Of a stretch of 64,000 nucleotides of DNA, positions 13,708 through 28,255 are shown in pieces. The notes under the pieces are model-generated. The model was not told the origin of the DNA, ran no database searches, and was given only the letters and a program-made list of their open reading frames with translations. The first letter of the stretch is position 1. The number at the start of each line of letters is the position of its first letter. The position numbers and the translations under genes are program-made. The DNA lies in the NCBI GenBank assembly GCA_951406725.2, contig OX597825.1:17298001-17362000 (forward strand), read 5' to 3'. The DNA comes from Octopus vulgaris. Its lineage: Eukaryota.

Positions 13708-14451
13708 ATATCCTCTAAGGTGAAATATAGAACCGTCTGCAACTGATACGCATAACAGAACCGCGTGGGCATCAAAGGTGAACAATATATCGTAGGCGTA
13801 ACTAAGTAAGAAGGAACAAAAGGAAACAGAAATGGTATGATAAGAAACAGGCCAAGTCGAGTGAAATGAAGCGGAAACATGGTGGGGGGGAAGGGAAGTC
13901 GAAATGAAAGAAAGAGTTTAGAGATTTAAGAGAAAATGCTGGAGCAGAAGAACGAAACGTTTACCTGTCGGTAGCGTGACACCAAGTTCCAATATTGTTA
14001 TGTCGCTACTTCTCTACTACTCAAATCTAATCTACTACTCTGACGTCTAGGCTTCTCCCTCTATATCTACGTATTGGGCTAGCCTACTTCGTCGTCTGGG
14101 GTCGTCCACACAACAAATATGAAATATCAATCTTTCCATTTCTTTCAGAATATGATACATGGCGTACATCAGAAGCAAATTTTGCGGCATACTTTGCAAT
14201 GTGGAAATAGGCCGTCACCATGTTGATCGATTTGCGAGGTATATTCGAAGCATTTTACTAGGCATGCTTTTTCAACCTGTCATCACCTTTTTCAACATTA
14301 CAGGCCATTCTACCACTCATCAGTGTGCGTAATCATGGCAAGTTCACTGTACTCTTCTTATTGGTTTTACTATAATCATGTTAGAAAAGCTAAACATGCA
14401 ACATATAGTTGTTATGTATGAACTAGTTTTAGCAATGAATAAAAGTATGGA

Positions 14452-14837
14452 TGGAAGCACTCCGTCGGTTACAACTACGAGGGTTCCGGTTGATCCGAAT
14501 CAACGGAACAGCCTGCTCGTGAAATTAACGTGTAAGTGGCTGAGCACTCCACAGACACGTGTACACTTAACGTAGTTCTCGGGGATATTCAGCGTGACAC
14601 AGAGAGTGACAAGGCCGGCCCTTTTGAAATACAGGTACAACAGAAACAAGAAGTAAGAGTGAGAGAAAGTTGTGGTGAAAGAGTACAGCAGGGATCACCA
14701 CCATCCCCTGCCGGAGCCTCGTGGAGCTTTAGGTGTTTTCGCTCAATAAACACTCACAACGCCCGGTCTGGGAATCGAAACCGCGATCTTACGACCGCGA
14801 GTCCGCTGCCCTAACCACTGGGCCATTGCGCCTCCAC
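14452..14837 (-). mobile_element. SINE family A (long variant)
   Basis: Reverse complement of 13313-13700. Confidence 0.92.
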
Positions 14838-16493
14838 AATTGAAGTATAAAAACTAAATATAAGTACACATATATTATATATAAGTTAACTAGGACGAAA
14901 TGGCATAAGAACAATTATAGATATGAAAGATTGGTAAAAAGACGATTGTGTTTGTGGTAGGTTAAATATGAGTTCCATGGTTTGAAATATGCTAACGATA
15001 ATTGAACTGAGGAATAAAGTATCCCAGTATATGAAAATACATGTGTTTGATATAGTAATGAATATTATACTGGAAATTTAAGAAACGTATTTTAATTTCT
15101 GTTTTGAAAAATATATAAGAATAATGATTATAAATTAGGTTTGCTTTTAGAATGAATTAAGTTTAGGTATAAACATGTAATATAATGAAATTATTGTTAT
15201 TTTAAAAACTTTGATTTTGCTTTAAACAGAAAGACACAAATTTCAATTATTTCACCAATTAAAAAAAAATTCTGCTTATTAGTAATTTGGTTATGGAAAG
15301 GTCGATCACGATGTCATAAATCCATTACACTTCTGCATTATAGTTAGTCTCTGATACCACTCTAATTCTTATTTTAGTGTTCGGTTAATTGCGATATTTC
15401 TCTAAGCTTCGCCAGGTTTTACCGGCTAAATGTAGGTCAAAATATACCGTAAATCAAATATAAACCGACAGAAACTGACAGAAATTTGTAATAGCTGCCG
15501 TCCAGATTTTTACCAACCTACTGTTATTAGGAAACATATTTAGAATGCATACTATCATGATATCACTGACCTTCCTTAAATCTTTTGATCACAGAGCATA
15601 ATCAAACAGTACTTTTTATTGTTTCTTGTCTTAAAAGAGAATATATTTCCTACTTCTAATATAATGTCGTGGACTTGACAATGGAAATTTAATTTGTAGA
15701 TAATAATGGCGGTTTGTTAGCAGTCATTGTCGTCAAACTGGGTGAAATGTCAGCTATTTTCCTCAGCAACATATATTTTTATAAAAAAAAGGTAAATGCG
15801 AATTAATTTTTTTGTTAGAATGGGTAAACATTAACATGTATTTAAAATTGAAGTCACATATCATTTTCAATGACAATCTGCGTTTGTTTACACTTCACCT
15901 AAAGAGTTTCCAATCTAAGAGTCTCATGATTTTTATGATACCATATTCCATATGTCGTACGTGTTATTGATATCTCTAGCAGTAGTATTTATATATTTCA
16001 AATATTTTTCTGAATATAAAATATTTCTTCTGAGTCTGCTATTTTGGAACACGCGGAAGAGAACATTTTAAAATTGCTGTAGTAAATTATAAGGTTTGAG
16101 TATTTTGTTCATTTTTTTTTCTTTTTGAAGCCATAATATTTTCCATTTTCTATCTGATCATATTGATAAGAGATTTAAAAATCGAAGCTTCTTTCAAAAT
16201 GATGAGAGAGAAATTTTTTATCAATGAAAAGAACTCGCCTACGGAAGACAAAGAGAAAGGTGTACAAAGAATAACATATATCCCTAAAAAAATATTTCAA
16301 CTTTTCTAAAGTGATCAATTCCTCGTGATTGTAAATATAAACTTCAGAAGCTCAACATCTCTTTTTAGATATATCTTCAGAATAAGATAAAACATATAAA
16401 TTAAGAAACACCATATTTCTGATAAAAAGAAAAAAACATCTATTGTACGAACAAATAAACATACGACCAGCGCATAAGGAATTATATCACGTC

Positions 16494-16534
<41 letters not shown>

Positions 16535-16819
16535 GCTCCCGTACGTTCATACACATGTCTATACATACATACATGCATATATATATATATATACATACAT
16601 ACATACATACATACATACAAACATAATACATACAAATATACATACATGCACACACATATATATAATCATACCCATGATTATGTATGTAGGTATATGTGTG
16701 TGTGTGGTGTGGGTGTGTGTGTGTAGAACTACAACGAGTAGAACGAAGCTGCTTTAATGTGAATACCAGAGTTCAGAAAGTTAAATACTGGAACCAAAAT
16801 AGTTGAAATTACCAAAATT

Positions 16820-17450
16820 CGCTAGAAGTACCTGTTTCTATACATTAGACATTTATAACATAGACTTTACTAAAAACTCCTTCCAGCATTCACAATATGT
16901 TTAATTTTCATGAATAGTGTATCAGATTCTCGAATTCTATGTAATTCTTGTATAAGGATTCATGTGTTGAGCTCCATCAAATTCTTAAATCAACTACCTT
17001 AGAAGCTGAAAACATGAACAAAGACCAATCAGAAACCAATAACTGATATACACATTGACATTATATAAGAAGCCAAAAAGGTGTATCCAATGATAACTCT
17101 GCTATTCCGGTTGTGTATAAGATATTTATTTCAGCTGACATCACTATATTGCTGCAGTTTGTATTTAAATGTATGGCATCTAACGATTCATCCTCGTTAT
17201 ATGTTGGTTTGTTTCTAAATAATGGTTTGTTACTATTAGACGGTCGACCTCGTTCCAAAAATATGGGAAATCCGCCCACATCGTTGACATAACACTTAAT
17301 CCTTGTAGCTTGATAAACTCAATAGCCTTAATAGATGGACAATTGATACGGATGCGTTGTAACACGACAGATACCATCGCAGCTACCTTTGTATAAAGCA
17401 ATAGAAACAGTTACTTTTGCCGAATACACTTTAACAACACTCAAACGGGA
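16820..17450 (-). pseudogene. Possible highly decayed Penelope-like RT relic
   Basis: Frameshifted translations LYTKVAAMVSVV, IKCYVNDV and GFPIFLE...LFRNKPT follow the order of the PLE RT motifs (Y.Q..G.AMGS, RYVDD, LPFLD...VYRKPT). The match is weak. Confidence 0.3.
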
Positions 17451-17828
17451 CAAGGAGCATCGAGATTTTCATTACCCGTTGTATAATTTACACTTAATAA
17501 CTCCTATAGTTAAAATAATTTTTCGGATCTCCAGTTAAACGTTTTGGATTGAAATAACAAATTCTATAACCCGATCCAGGCAAATATTATAAAGTAACTC
17601 GCACATAAAAACTAATATTTTACATATTATTATTCAAAAATAAGTACAAATATTTAAAAATAAAATAAATACTATTATTTAAAAATAAAAAATGTAACAA
17701 AACATATTTAATTGTAATGATTTCGGCACCAGACAACTTGTCCAGTAGCAAGAAGTTTTAAGATTTAATTTGAACTTAATCAAAATATGTGTAGCATGTC
17801 TTACGCACGCATATCCTGATGTCAGATC

Positions 17829-17859
<31 letters not shown>

Positions 17860-17860
17860 A

Positions 17861-17891
<31 letters not shown>

Positions 17892-17911
17892 TGTATGTAT
17901 GTGTGTATAAA

Positions 17912-18270
17912 AATACAAACTGGGACAAGAACGGAAAATATTTAGGAGACGATACAAAAAACACGGACGGGACATTCGAAGCCTTCAATCTTCAGTCAAG
18001 AACCGGATCATCCTCGCAATTTCGGCTGATTAATCTTGAGATTGCTCCAGCCCCAAGGAAAGAATAAGATAAGCGCATTAGATTCCTTGGAAGAAAGCTT
18101 CGAATGTATACAAAACAAGGACGGAAAAACGGACGATGTTACACGAATATGAATACAAAAATAATACGTAAAAACAATAATAATAATACATAGAAACAAT
18201 AATAATAATAAAATAGCAATAACAGGATATCACAAACAGGCGTCTTTCGACTAGACAGATTATCGATTTC
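17912..18270. mobile_element. Microsatellite-flanked interspersed repeat, unclassified
   Basis: Strongly A-skewed block between simple repeats, built like the family D elements. Minus strand has CTGAAGA..GAAGGCTTC.GAA, an incomplete HHR-like core. Single copy in the window. Confidence 0.35.
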
Positions 18271-19014
18271 TATATATATGCGCACAAGCTATCTAACTTT
18301 GTTACAATAGGTAAAACATAATTCCTGTATAGATGTATATTTTAAGCCGTTTTGTATTGCACCATTCTCCACCACCAATATGTTTACTGACAGATTGCAG
18401 AACATATTCAACACTAATGTTACAGTAAAATGTTCATTTTGATATTTAGCTTTTCCGTTTACTTCCGTTTTCTCGTCTTTCCACGTCTTTATATAGAAAA
18501 ATGCATTAAATATTTCTGTACAGATTTTAATTTTATTTATCAATACTTAATGTGTTATTCTTTAACAAATTCCAGTTTGACAAAGTTTTGCATAGAACAG
18601 CAAATTTGTTATTTACGTTTATGAACGGTTGATCTAAGTGGTGTTTCAACAATATCTCAAAAAGTGTACGGCACAGAAACACTTGTTCTGCATTTCGTTT
18701 AAGCCATTCATAAATCTGCGCAGCGTGTTACAACATACATTGTCTAAATAAGGAGTTTATCTCACCTCCACCTCAATATCGAATGTCATTCCACCACCTT
18801 CGATGCATACAAACATGTTGCATCGAACCGTAAACTTCTGGAATGATATGTGAGTTTGGTTGTGAGCACGTGAGCGTGTGTGATTGTGTGGATATATGTG
18901 TGTGCCTGTGCTATTATTAGTATCGTCTGAAAAGGCAAGGTCAAGCTTTTCTATTTCTTCTTCACTAAAGATAATAAAAAAATCTATACAAGAAAAGCTA
19001 ATTTTTGTCGTCTA

Positions 19015-19072
<58 letters not shown>

Positions 19073-19119
19073 GTGTGTGTGTGTAAATATATATAAATAT
19101 AAAAATATATATATTTTTA

Positions 19120-19156
<37 letters not shown>

Positions 19157-19193
19157 GCATATATATGTATGCACACACATATATATGTGTGTG

Positions 19194-19226
<33 letters not shown>

Positions 19227-22204
19227 CTATGTATATATATGTATATATGTACATACATATCTACATATATTCATATACATATCCAAAACATATATCTGTA
19301 TGCGCGCGCGCGCGCGTGTGTATGTGTGTGTGTGTTGAATGTGTTTATATCTGACATTTTAAGATAGATCTCGATGAAGAAGTTTGATCTGGAACAAGAA
19401 GGTCACTTTTATATTTTTTTTTACTAACATTGGGAGACTAGTGATGATGAACTGAAAAATAAAAAAAAAATATTCAAAGAAGACTATAAGGAAACATTGA
19501 TTTATTATTTTCTCTTTGGAACTTTCGATTCATTTATTTATTATACCTTTGCTGAATGTTATCACTTTCAATACTACTGTTTGGTTTGTTTTTTCTTCAT
19601 TATATTTTATTCCACTGATTTTCAAACGAAACACTTATAATGATAGAGAGTGGCTTGTTTCTTCCGTGTTATTACAACGTATGTCTTAATATATTAGAGA
19701 CAATGGAAGATATCATTGCTCGATAAATCTAAGAACTCTTTGCATAGAGCAGTGTAGCAGGTAATTAGGGGAAAATCAATATGATGTTGCTAAATACATT
19801 GAATCAAAGAATACAATTGATAAAATAAATATTGTCATTCTTGAAATTCACATCATTCTTAACCTAGAAGTTTCGACTATGAAAATATTCATCTCTAAGT
19901 ATTTAACATCTTCAAGTTCTGATGTAGTCTGGCGTTTGCTTGCATAATTCTTTCCGAGCAAGTGGCGCGTTCCATAATATAAGCTTATGTGTATTCGAGC
20001 GTCAAGAATTATATTCACAGTCCGTAGCACAATACCAATTATATATATGATCAAATGGTACTATGTCTGATAGGCATAATTTGTTTCAGTTATTGAAAAT
20101 CAGCTAAATACTTCCAAAAGGCATGTCAGCTAGGGAAACTACTTCATGCTTCTTTGAACTCAGAGGAAATGTAGCATTTGCTAATATGGTTAATTCCGAA
20201 ATTCAACATAAAGAAATAAATCTCTATATTGTTATTTTGATACTGATTTAGAGCAATTCAGATGTTCGGTTTTATTAATAATAATCGCATATGCTATAAA
20301 ACCAATATTGCTATAGCAAATGTGCTTTGCACATTAATATAATCAGCGATGGAATGTTATACACTGTAGCTAGTTAAATTGATACCATTAGGAGACGGTC
20401 AAGTTTGCCTAAATAACTAATCATCTCAACTACCCACATAAATGCATGTTTGCTATTCTCCTCAATATTCGGAAGAAATAGCGCACGTACACTATGTAAA
20501 GTACACTAAGGCCCAAAAGTGTTTGTGTCATCAAGAAACGTGATACATTAACTTATTACCAAATGCATTGACATAGCCCTGCCGGTAATAAATTAACTTA
20601 TAGTAATGTGGAGAGCCACATCCTATGTAGATTTGTAAAGAATTCCAAACCAGATTTGTTCTGAATTTTAAACCATAATATATTATGCGTATTAACGTGG
20701 ATATAAATTATACATATCAGAAGGGATATTCTTCCATGCATCACGTTTTCTGAACTCCTTTAGCTGTTCAAATTTAGTGTAAATATTCGCTAAATCTTAA
20801 CGTACGGCATGCTTATTGTTCGGTAAAACGGTGGAAACTTGACATAATACATCTAATAGAGTGTGAGTAACCTTTCTCTACAATCCGGCTCTTGTCTTGA
20901 AAACAAACTAACTGGCTGATATTTTGTATGTAGTTTGGAAATGACTTTTCACTGATAAAGATTATAATTCATTTCGGAAAAAATATCTAAAAATCTGTAG
21001 GAAGATAGACATGCACACATTCCATGAATGTTCCCCACCACCCAACAAACTCCTCCGGCTGAATTACAAGAAATCGCTCAGTTGTAAAAACCTTTCCGTT
21101 TTATTTCTCTTCGCTTACCAATGCGATATGTCTCATGGCAGGGTCGCTCGACTTACGTACGGTCAGACATTGACTACCCAATAATTTTTCCTTCTCTTGT
21201 CACATGTATAGTGTCTCGTTTCCCAATAATCCTAATATCGATTGCTTAGTATTAACTTATGTCTCTTTTCAATCGTACGATTGGAAATATTATAAGGTTA
21301 TATTATTTAATTCAAAAGTTGTAGGTCCTGGGTGTGTTGTTAAAGCAAAAGAAACAATTTATCTTCCACTAGACAACAATAATATCTATAGAATATATAT
21401 TGCAAAATATGTGTTTGCATATGTATCCATTTAAAGGAGAATTAAAACAAACTTTCCTCAGATTATTGGATTAAACCAAAGCTATTGCTGATGACTTCAA
21501 AATAATGCACAAGATTTCCTAAAGCATAAATATTTAACATTTTCAGAACAGTACTAAACCATGATTCATACAAGAATTGTACGGTAGAATTACATCATTG
21601 ATACAAAAATTAAATTCGCTTATTAGGTTCAACATCAACACCTTTAACTCCAAGAAATTATCATGCCAGTTTATTTTCTAGTCATACGAATATAGAAAAA
21701 TGTGTTCAGTATGTATTTCTATATTAGGGAACCACATTTTATTGCCTCTATCTATGTTATTCAGGATTTCCGTATTTTTTACGAATTCATTAACTAGAAT
21801 ACTTAAAGCTAACTTAGAAGTGCACTTATTGCTTCTTATGAGGTATGTAGAACAATCCCGTAAACATATGTGACCGACAATAGAGTGCTTATTAGCAAAT
21901 CGAGGGTAAAGTCACAATAGGTACATCACAGTATTTAGACAATGCCTGGGGAATGTTTATGTAAGAATGCAAATAAACTTATGCATTTTCCTGGCATACC
22001 CGAAAATAATTTGTACGCTATACGCATATAAGTCGTGGAGTGGTGATATCACTAATCGCCGATCCTGTTCGGGCATGTGATAGGGATAAGTCACAAAAAT
22101 GGCGAAACATCGATGTCCATAACTGCTAGACGGTATTAGAGGTGAGTTATATAGCCTGTCCATGCCTTACAGGTGTTTAACTGCAGGTGGTTTGAGAGCT
22201 GCAG

Positions 22205-22428
22205 GTGCGACGAGCTGTCAGAAACGTTAGCGCGTCGGGCGAAATGCTTAACGGTATTTCGTCTGCCGCTACGTTCTGAGTTCAAATTCCGCCAAGGTCG
22301 ACTTTGCCTTTCATCCTTTCGGGGTCAATAAATTAAGTACCAGTTACGCACTGGGGTTGTTGTAATCGGCTTAATCCGTTTGTCTCTCCTCTCTGTGTTT
22401 AGCCCTTTGTGGGTAGTAAAGAAATAGG
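22205..22428 (+). mobile_element. SINE family B, full-length monomer
   Basis: GCGACGAGCTGTCAGAAACGTTAG...GAGTTCAAATTCC (B box)...GCCTTTCATCCTTTCGGGGTC (Meta/Nin-like conserved core from memory)...GTAAAGAAATAGG. Confidence 0.9.
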
Positions 22429-22519
22429 TGCTTTGCGAGCATATTCTCAATCGGCCCAATTCGCAGCCTATTGGCAAATAAGCGCTTTGTGTGTGCTGAG
22501 TATATATGTCTGATAATGT

Positions 22520-22710
22520 TTATTACCTCCGCCTTAGCGAAGTCAGATATATTATTTTTAGACGTGTTTGTTTGTCCATGGACAAGATATCTCAAGAACC
22601 GCTGGATGAATTCGGATGAAACTTTCAGGGATATTTGGAATTGTGACTCGCACGAACTGATTAGATTTTAGGATCGGCCCGGTACACGAGAAGGACTCTG
22701 GATTATTTGT
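22520..22710 (+). mobile_element. Helentron/DINE-like non-autonomous element fragment
   Basis: TTATTACCTCCGCC start, GTTTGTTTGT repeat, then AAGATATCTCAAGAACCGCTGGATGAATTCGGATGAAACTT and GATTAGATTTT. This is a layout I recognise from Helentron-associated elements; no 3' terminus is visible. Confidence 0.5.
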
Positions 22711-23223
22711 TATATTAACTTTACGTTATATGAAGTATTACGATCTTACGTGCATTATCTCCCTTGAAAACCCGCTCATCGTTTCCACGTAAGCTATGGT
22801 AGCGTTACTGTTTCTAAAGTTTTCTTTTCTTGTCCGTATTATTAATCTTACTTGCGTTTCTATCTTAGTAGAATGTACATAAACTATATAAACAAACGGC
22901 AGTAAAATCACTCAAAAATTAAATAACACTAACATATTCAGTAACAATTATAAATCTAATTTATCCTCGACAATTTTTAGTTTTACCCATTTTGAATATA
23001 TCGCTCCTGTTTAAAACCTCTTACCTACTTAAAAATTGCATTTCTAGCCCTGCCCTGAAGGAAGCTATTCTTCTTCGACTCACGTTTTTGTGCACAACGA
23101 TGTTGTTAAAACTCCTTTAACTGCACCATATGCAGGTTCTTTCTGTTTTCTTTCACGCACGGATAATTTTTACACTATAGACCTCAATGGTCGTAAAGAC
23201 ACTATATCAGTTGATACGCTAAA

Positions 23224-23453
23224 GGCGGCGAGCTGGCAGAAACGTTAGCGCGCCGGGCGAAATGCGTAGCCGTATTTCGTCTGTCGTTACGTTCTGAGTT
23301 CAAATTCCGCCGAGGTCGACTTTGGCTTTCATCCTCTAGGGGTCGATAAATAAAGTACCAGTTACGCACTGGGTCGATGTAATCGACTCAATCCCTTTGT
23401 CTCTCCTTGTCTGTCCCCTCTATGTTTAGCCCCTTGTGGATAGTAAAGAAATA
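23224..23453 (+). mobile_element. SINE family B with 21-bp target-site duplication
   Basis: Full-length copy. TATATCAGTTGATAC(G/A)CTAAA lies at 23203-23223 and 23454-23474. Confidence 0.93.
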
Positions 23454-23884
23454 TATATCAGTTGATACACTAAAAATGGCCTTGGTAGAGAAAGCTGCCT
23501 CTGCCCCACACTGCAAACGACATACACTCAGCATTACAAACATGTCTCGCCCACTCAGCTTCACATTCCATGACTATCATTGGGATTGATCTGGACAAGG
23601 CTTCTGGATTATCTTACCGTTTTTCTTCTGAATTTCTGAGAGCGGTTGGGTTCATTTTTAGTATTCTTGTTTTTGAAAGCAGTCGAGTTCCTTGCCGATA
23701 TTCTTACTTTAAAATCCATCTCCGGCTAATCGTTGAGTGGACATTGGTGTTGCCTTGGCGAAGGTTTGTGCCCTCTGAGTGCTCTTGTTACAATTTGAGT
23801 TGCTTCGATCTCATATTTGAATATATATATATAATAACAACTGTCTTCAACATTCATTCTGTCGTCTGCCCATTTTCATCAGAT

Positions 23885-23995
23885 CACATTATTCGGTCCT
23901 GCGCTATAGCGTAAGACACTTGCCCAGATGCCGTTCTTTCGAACTGAAGCAGAAACCACAGTGTTACAGAGCGAGTTTCTTAAAGCACAGCTAAA
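23885..23995 (-). mobile_element. SINE family C head, degraded
   Basis: GCTATAGCGTAAGACACTTGCCCAGATGCC...GAAACCACA...CACAGC. Confidence 0.55.
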
Positions 23996-24619
23996 CTTTC
24001 ACTTATGTTAATGGAATTGGAAGACAAGTAAGGTATTATCAATTTCGACCGTTTGTGGCTACGTTAACAGGATATAAGCTCCGATGTGTGGATCACAGGT
24101 GTGTATATGTTAATACAGTTAAGCATGAAACTTTAGCTCACTACTCTCTCTGCCATATCATATCTGCTTGAATGAAAGGAAATTCATCAAAATTAGTTAT
24201 AACTCCTGGAAAAAGAGAAATCAATAGAGATAAATATTTCAAAGGCTGAATAAAATATAATCAATATAGATGACAACGAATAAATTTTGCTCAATTTTAT
24301 GTTTAGGTCGCACGAGTGATATAGCCGAATGTTACGGTTAAATGACATTTTTGTTCAAAAGTGTTTCATGGATCAGCGATCAATGTTTCTGGAATAACAA
24401 ATTGTATTATTTTGTATGCAAAATATACGTAACTATACACATGGAGACATACACAATCATATATCATGTATATGGGTGTGCGTATACATACATACATACA
24501 TAGTTACATATACATATATATGTATATATATACATGTATATATGTATATATACACATATATATGTATATATATATATATGTATATATGTATATATATATA
24601 TCTATATATATATATATAT

Positions 24620-24699
<80 letters not shown>

Positions 24700-25137
24700 A
24701 TATATACATATATAGAGAGCGAAGTATATAACTGTATGTGTCTGTACTTTGTGTCTGCGTGAATAAATCTATATCTACGTAGAATATATGTGTGTATTTA
24801 TATGTGTGTGTGTGTGTGTATGTGTGTGCGTGTGACTGTGTGTGTGAGTGTATATTCAAAGAAATAAAATCTTACTAGCGTTTTGATGTAAGACAACTAA
24901 AATTTTAACAAACAACATTTTTCATTGAAAACAGAAGACCCGGATGTAATATAGTTCAAAAAGTTACATAATCTATGTAGTGTTTGAAATGCCTATCACG
25001 CGCAATACATTCCACGTCTAAACCCCATTCATTTCATTCATATATACCTCCCACTCTCCATCTATATATATGTGTATGTGAGAGAGAGAGTGAGTGAATG
25101 TGTGTGTGCGTGCGTGTATTCAGTGATATATATATAT

Positions 25138-25543
25138 ACTCTTTTACTCTTTTACTTGTTTCAGTCATTTGACTGCGGCCATGCTGGAGCGCATCGCCTT
25201 TAATCGAGCAACTCGACCCCGGGACTTATTCTTTTATAAGCCCAGTACTTATTCTATCGGTCTCTTTTGCCGAACCGCTAAGTAACAGGACATAAACACA
25301 CCAGCATCGGTTGTCAAGCAATGCTAGGGGGACAAACACAGACACACACGCACAGACGCATATATATATATACATATATACGACGGGCTTCTTTCAGTTT
25401 CCGTCTACCAAATCCACTCACAAAGCTTTGGTCGGCCCGAGGCTATAGTAGAAGACACTCACCCGAGGTGCCACGCAGTGGGACTGAACCCGGAACCATG
25501 TGGTTGGTAAACAAGCTACTTACCACACAGCCACTCCTGCGCC
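25138..25543 (-). mobile_element. SINE family C, full length
   Basis: Matches 11663-12080. Confidence 0.9.
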
Positions 25544-25764
25544 TATAGTCAGTATAGTCTTTTTATGCAATAGAGAGAATAATTTATTGGAAGATGACAT
25601 TTCAGAAATCGTTATTTCGAACTTTCGTTGGCAATCGTCGGATGAAAATTCGAAGCACTCCTTCCTATAGTAGGACATATCATTTCCAATATTATTATGT
25701 GTTTATATCCTCGTGATCTTTAGCCGAAGAAGCAGGCATTAGCGTTCCTCGTTATCATAGAAAA

Positions 25765-25930
25765 AAACCCTGCCAGAATCGTTAGCACGTCGCACAAAAT
25801 GCTTAGCGGTACTCTACCGCTTCTTTATATTGTTTGCAAATACCACGGCGGATCACATCTCTGTTTCGTTCTTCCTGGTTCGATAAAACATAGTGTAAAT
25901 AAAATACTGGGGTCGATCTAGTCGGCTTTC
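25765..25930 (+). mobile_element. SINE family B, degraded
   Basis: CCAGAATCGTTAGCACGTCGCACAAAATGCTTAGCGGTA...TCGATAAAA...TACTGGGGTCGAT. Confidence 0.6.
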
Positions 25931-27536
25931 CCTTACACTAAAGGTACTGCTTGCTGATTCAGTGCGAAAAATATTAAAAATTAAAACCATTGGTATGAGG
26001 AGGAATTGTTAAAGGAACTGATATTAAGCTACAATCGATTACTCTCGTTAATATTTCCTGACTTCATAGAAAATAGGAATTATTATAGCGAATATTCTAA
26101 ACATCTACAGCGATAAGATGGAGACAGTTTAAGCTAAATATTTTTTGTTTCTTCAGCAACTATAAATATAAAAAAATTATTTAGAAATTCAGTTATGGGT
26201 TCATGTTAACGTTTTTAGTTTCGGATATATTTGTTCATTGTCTTTCAAAATTGAAAATTTATTGCGCCAAAGTAAAGTACGTGAGAGCAGAAAGCAGCAT
26301 ATCACTGTATGCACCCCATTTTACATATATGAAAAGATATTTACTGTCGAACATCTTCCTTTCGAGGCAAACTGTGAAACAAGCTGGGTTTACTGTATTT
26401 GGTCTCTATTTATTGACAGATGTGATGTTTGAAATAAATACAAATATTCTTAAATGTGCTATATTGTTTCTCATGAAAAACATCCTTATTTGGCGTATGA
26501 TCAGCGAAATCGTCCCTACACTGGTCAAAACAAGTGCCTTGAGAATTTTGTTTCAAAATTGTTATTATAGAAATAACAGATATTCCATCACCCGCAGAAT
26601 AAACATGATTATATTAGCATAAACTACACGTTTATAATCATGATGTTAAATTAAGGTAAGGATTTGCTTTTTGAATGTAAATTTAAATGTATTCTTCAGC
26701 TATTGAGACATGATTTTTCTCCAACGAAAATCATTTTTCTCCAATTAAAATTATAAAAACGATTATATATTGTCAAAGTTTTACGCAATAAAAAGAAGCA
26801 TAAATCTTTAGATCCAATTTGAATATCTCTACGAGTGATACAATAAAGACTCCACAATTCTGAAACGTACAAATAATTAAATTTAATACCCTAAAATGTT
26901 AATAGAAATTTAGGTTTTCTAACGTCAACAGTTGCCATCGTTCTCAGTTTCTATCTGTTGCAAAGATGTTTATTATCTAAACCATCTAGCCATGAGCATA
27001 TGTTAGATATCAATATTCTATATTATGCAAATGATGGATGTAGACTGTTGAGAGTATGGTAAGAATTCAAATGAATACGATTATATACAAATAGAAACGT
27101 TGGTTGCTTAGCCTCAGGAATTGTACACGTAAACAGTCTTAACTAGTCGCGAAGCTCTTTGTTATCATAAGAATTTAGCCGTGAGCCTAGATTATATATC
27201 AATATTTTATGGTATGCAGGTGCTGGATGGTAGATAGTCGAAACGTAGAATACCATTTTCGTACTATATTACTTTTGATCCTTTACGGTCTAACAGGACT
27301 AACCTATCAAGGTCATTCCTACCGGCTGATAGAATACGTGCCATTCAACTTTTAATATCGAGAGAATCAGTCATGTTCTCTTTTTAAAACAAGCATTCCT
27401 GTACTTCTATGAGTATCGAGTATTGTTTATGATATACATTATGGTTATGTATTATCAGCACAGGAGTACACCAGATAGCGACTGCATTAATATATATATA
27501 TAGATGCACATATGTATATATATGTGTATGAATGTG

Positions 27537-27608
<72 letters not shown>

Positions 27609-27610
27609 TA

Positions 27611-27640
<30 letters not shown>

Positions 27641-27641
<1 letters not shown>

Positions 27642-27830
27642 TAAGAGTAAATCCCCCAAAACGAAGAACAAACGCAAGAAAATAACAACGGGAGGACGTG
27701 GTACATGTAAAGTATTAGCAGACACTCAGGGAAGGAAAAAATATGTTTTTACGTTTCGACCCAAATTCTTCTTCAGGAACGCAGGAAAGTCAAAGGCAGA
27801 GGAAACTAAATCGCCAACGATTCACATGTG
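27641..27830 (-). mobile_element. Family D-like element with degenerate hammerhead
   Basis: Minus strand 27780-27746: GTTC-CTGAAGA-A-GAATTTGGGTC-GAAAC-GTA-AAAA. Shares GAGGACGTGG, AGTATTA and AATCGCCAACG with 53029. Its 3' end abuts (TA)n. Confidence 0.65.
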
Positions 27831-27833
27831 GTT

Positions 27834-27890
<57 letters not shown>

Positions 27891-27898
27891 CACATTTA

Positions 27899-28255
27899 TA
27901 GGCATAGGCGTGACTATGATAGGGAGCTTACTTCCCGACCACATGTTTCTGTGTTCAGTCTCAGAGCGTGGCACCTTGGGCAAGTATCTTTTACTATAGC
28001 CTCGAGCCGACCAAAGGCCTGTGAGTGGATTTGATAGAAGGAAACTGAGAGAAGCCCGCATAAGTACATATTTATGTGTGTGTGTGTGTGTTTGTGTTTC
28101 TCTCCCGCCATCGCTTGACAAACGATGTTGGTGTGTCTACATTCCCGTAACCTAGCGGTTCGGCAAAAGAGACTGACAAAATAAGTACTAGGCTGGCAAA
28201 GAAGAAGTCCTGGTGTCGATTTGTTTGGCTAAAGGGGGTTTTCCTGCATGGCTCC
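27899..28255 (+). mobile_element. SINE family C, diverged, 3'-truncated
   Basis: GCGTGGCACCTTGGGCAAGT...GTGAGTGGATTTG...GCGGTTCGGCAAAAGAGAC. Confidence 0.8.

Noticed and set aside
14149-14238. Coding exon with a good acceptor
   Set aside because: Stops in all three frames and a weak donor.
17965-18000. HHR-like CTGAAGA...GAA on the minus strand
   Set aside because: The GAAA box and helix III are incomplete, so it is not counted as a ribozyme.
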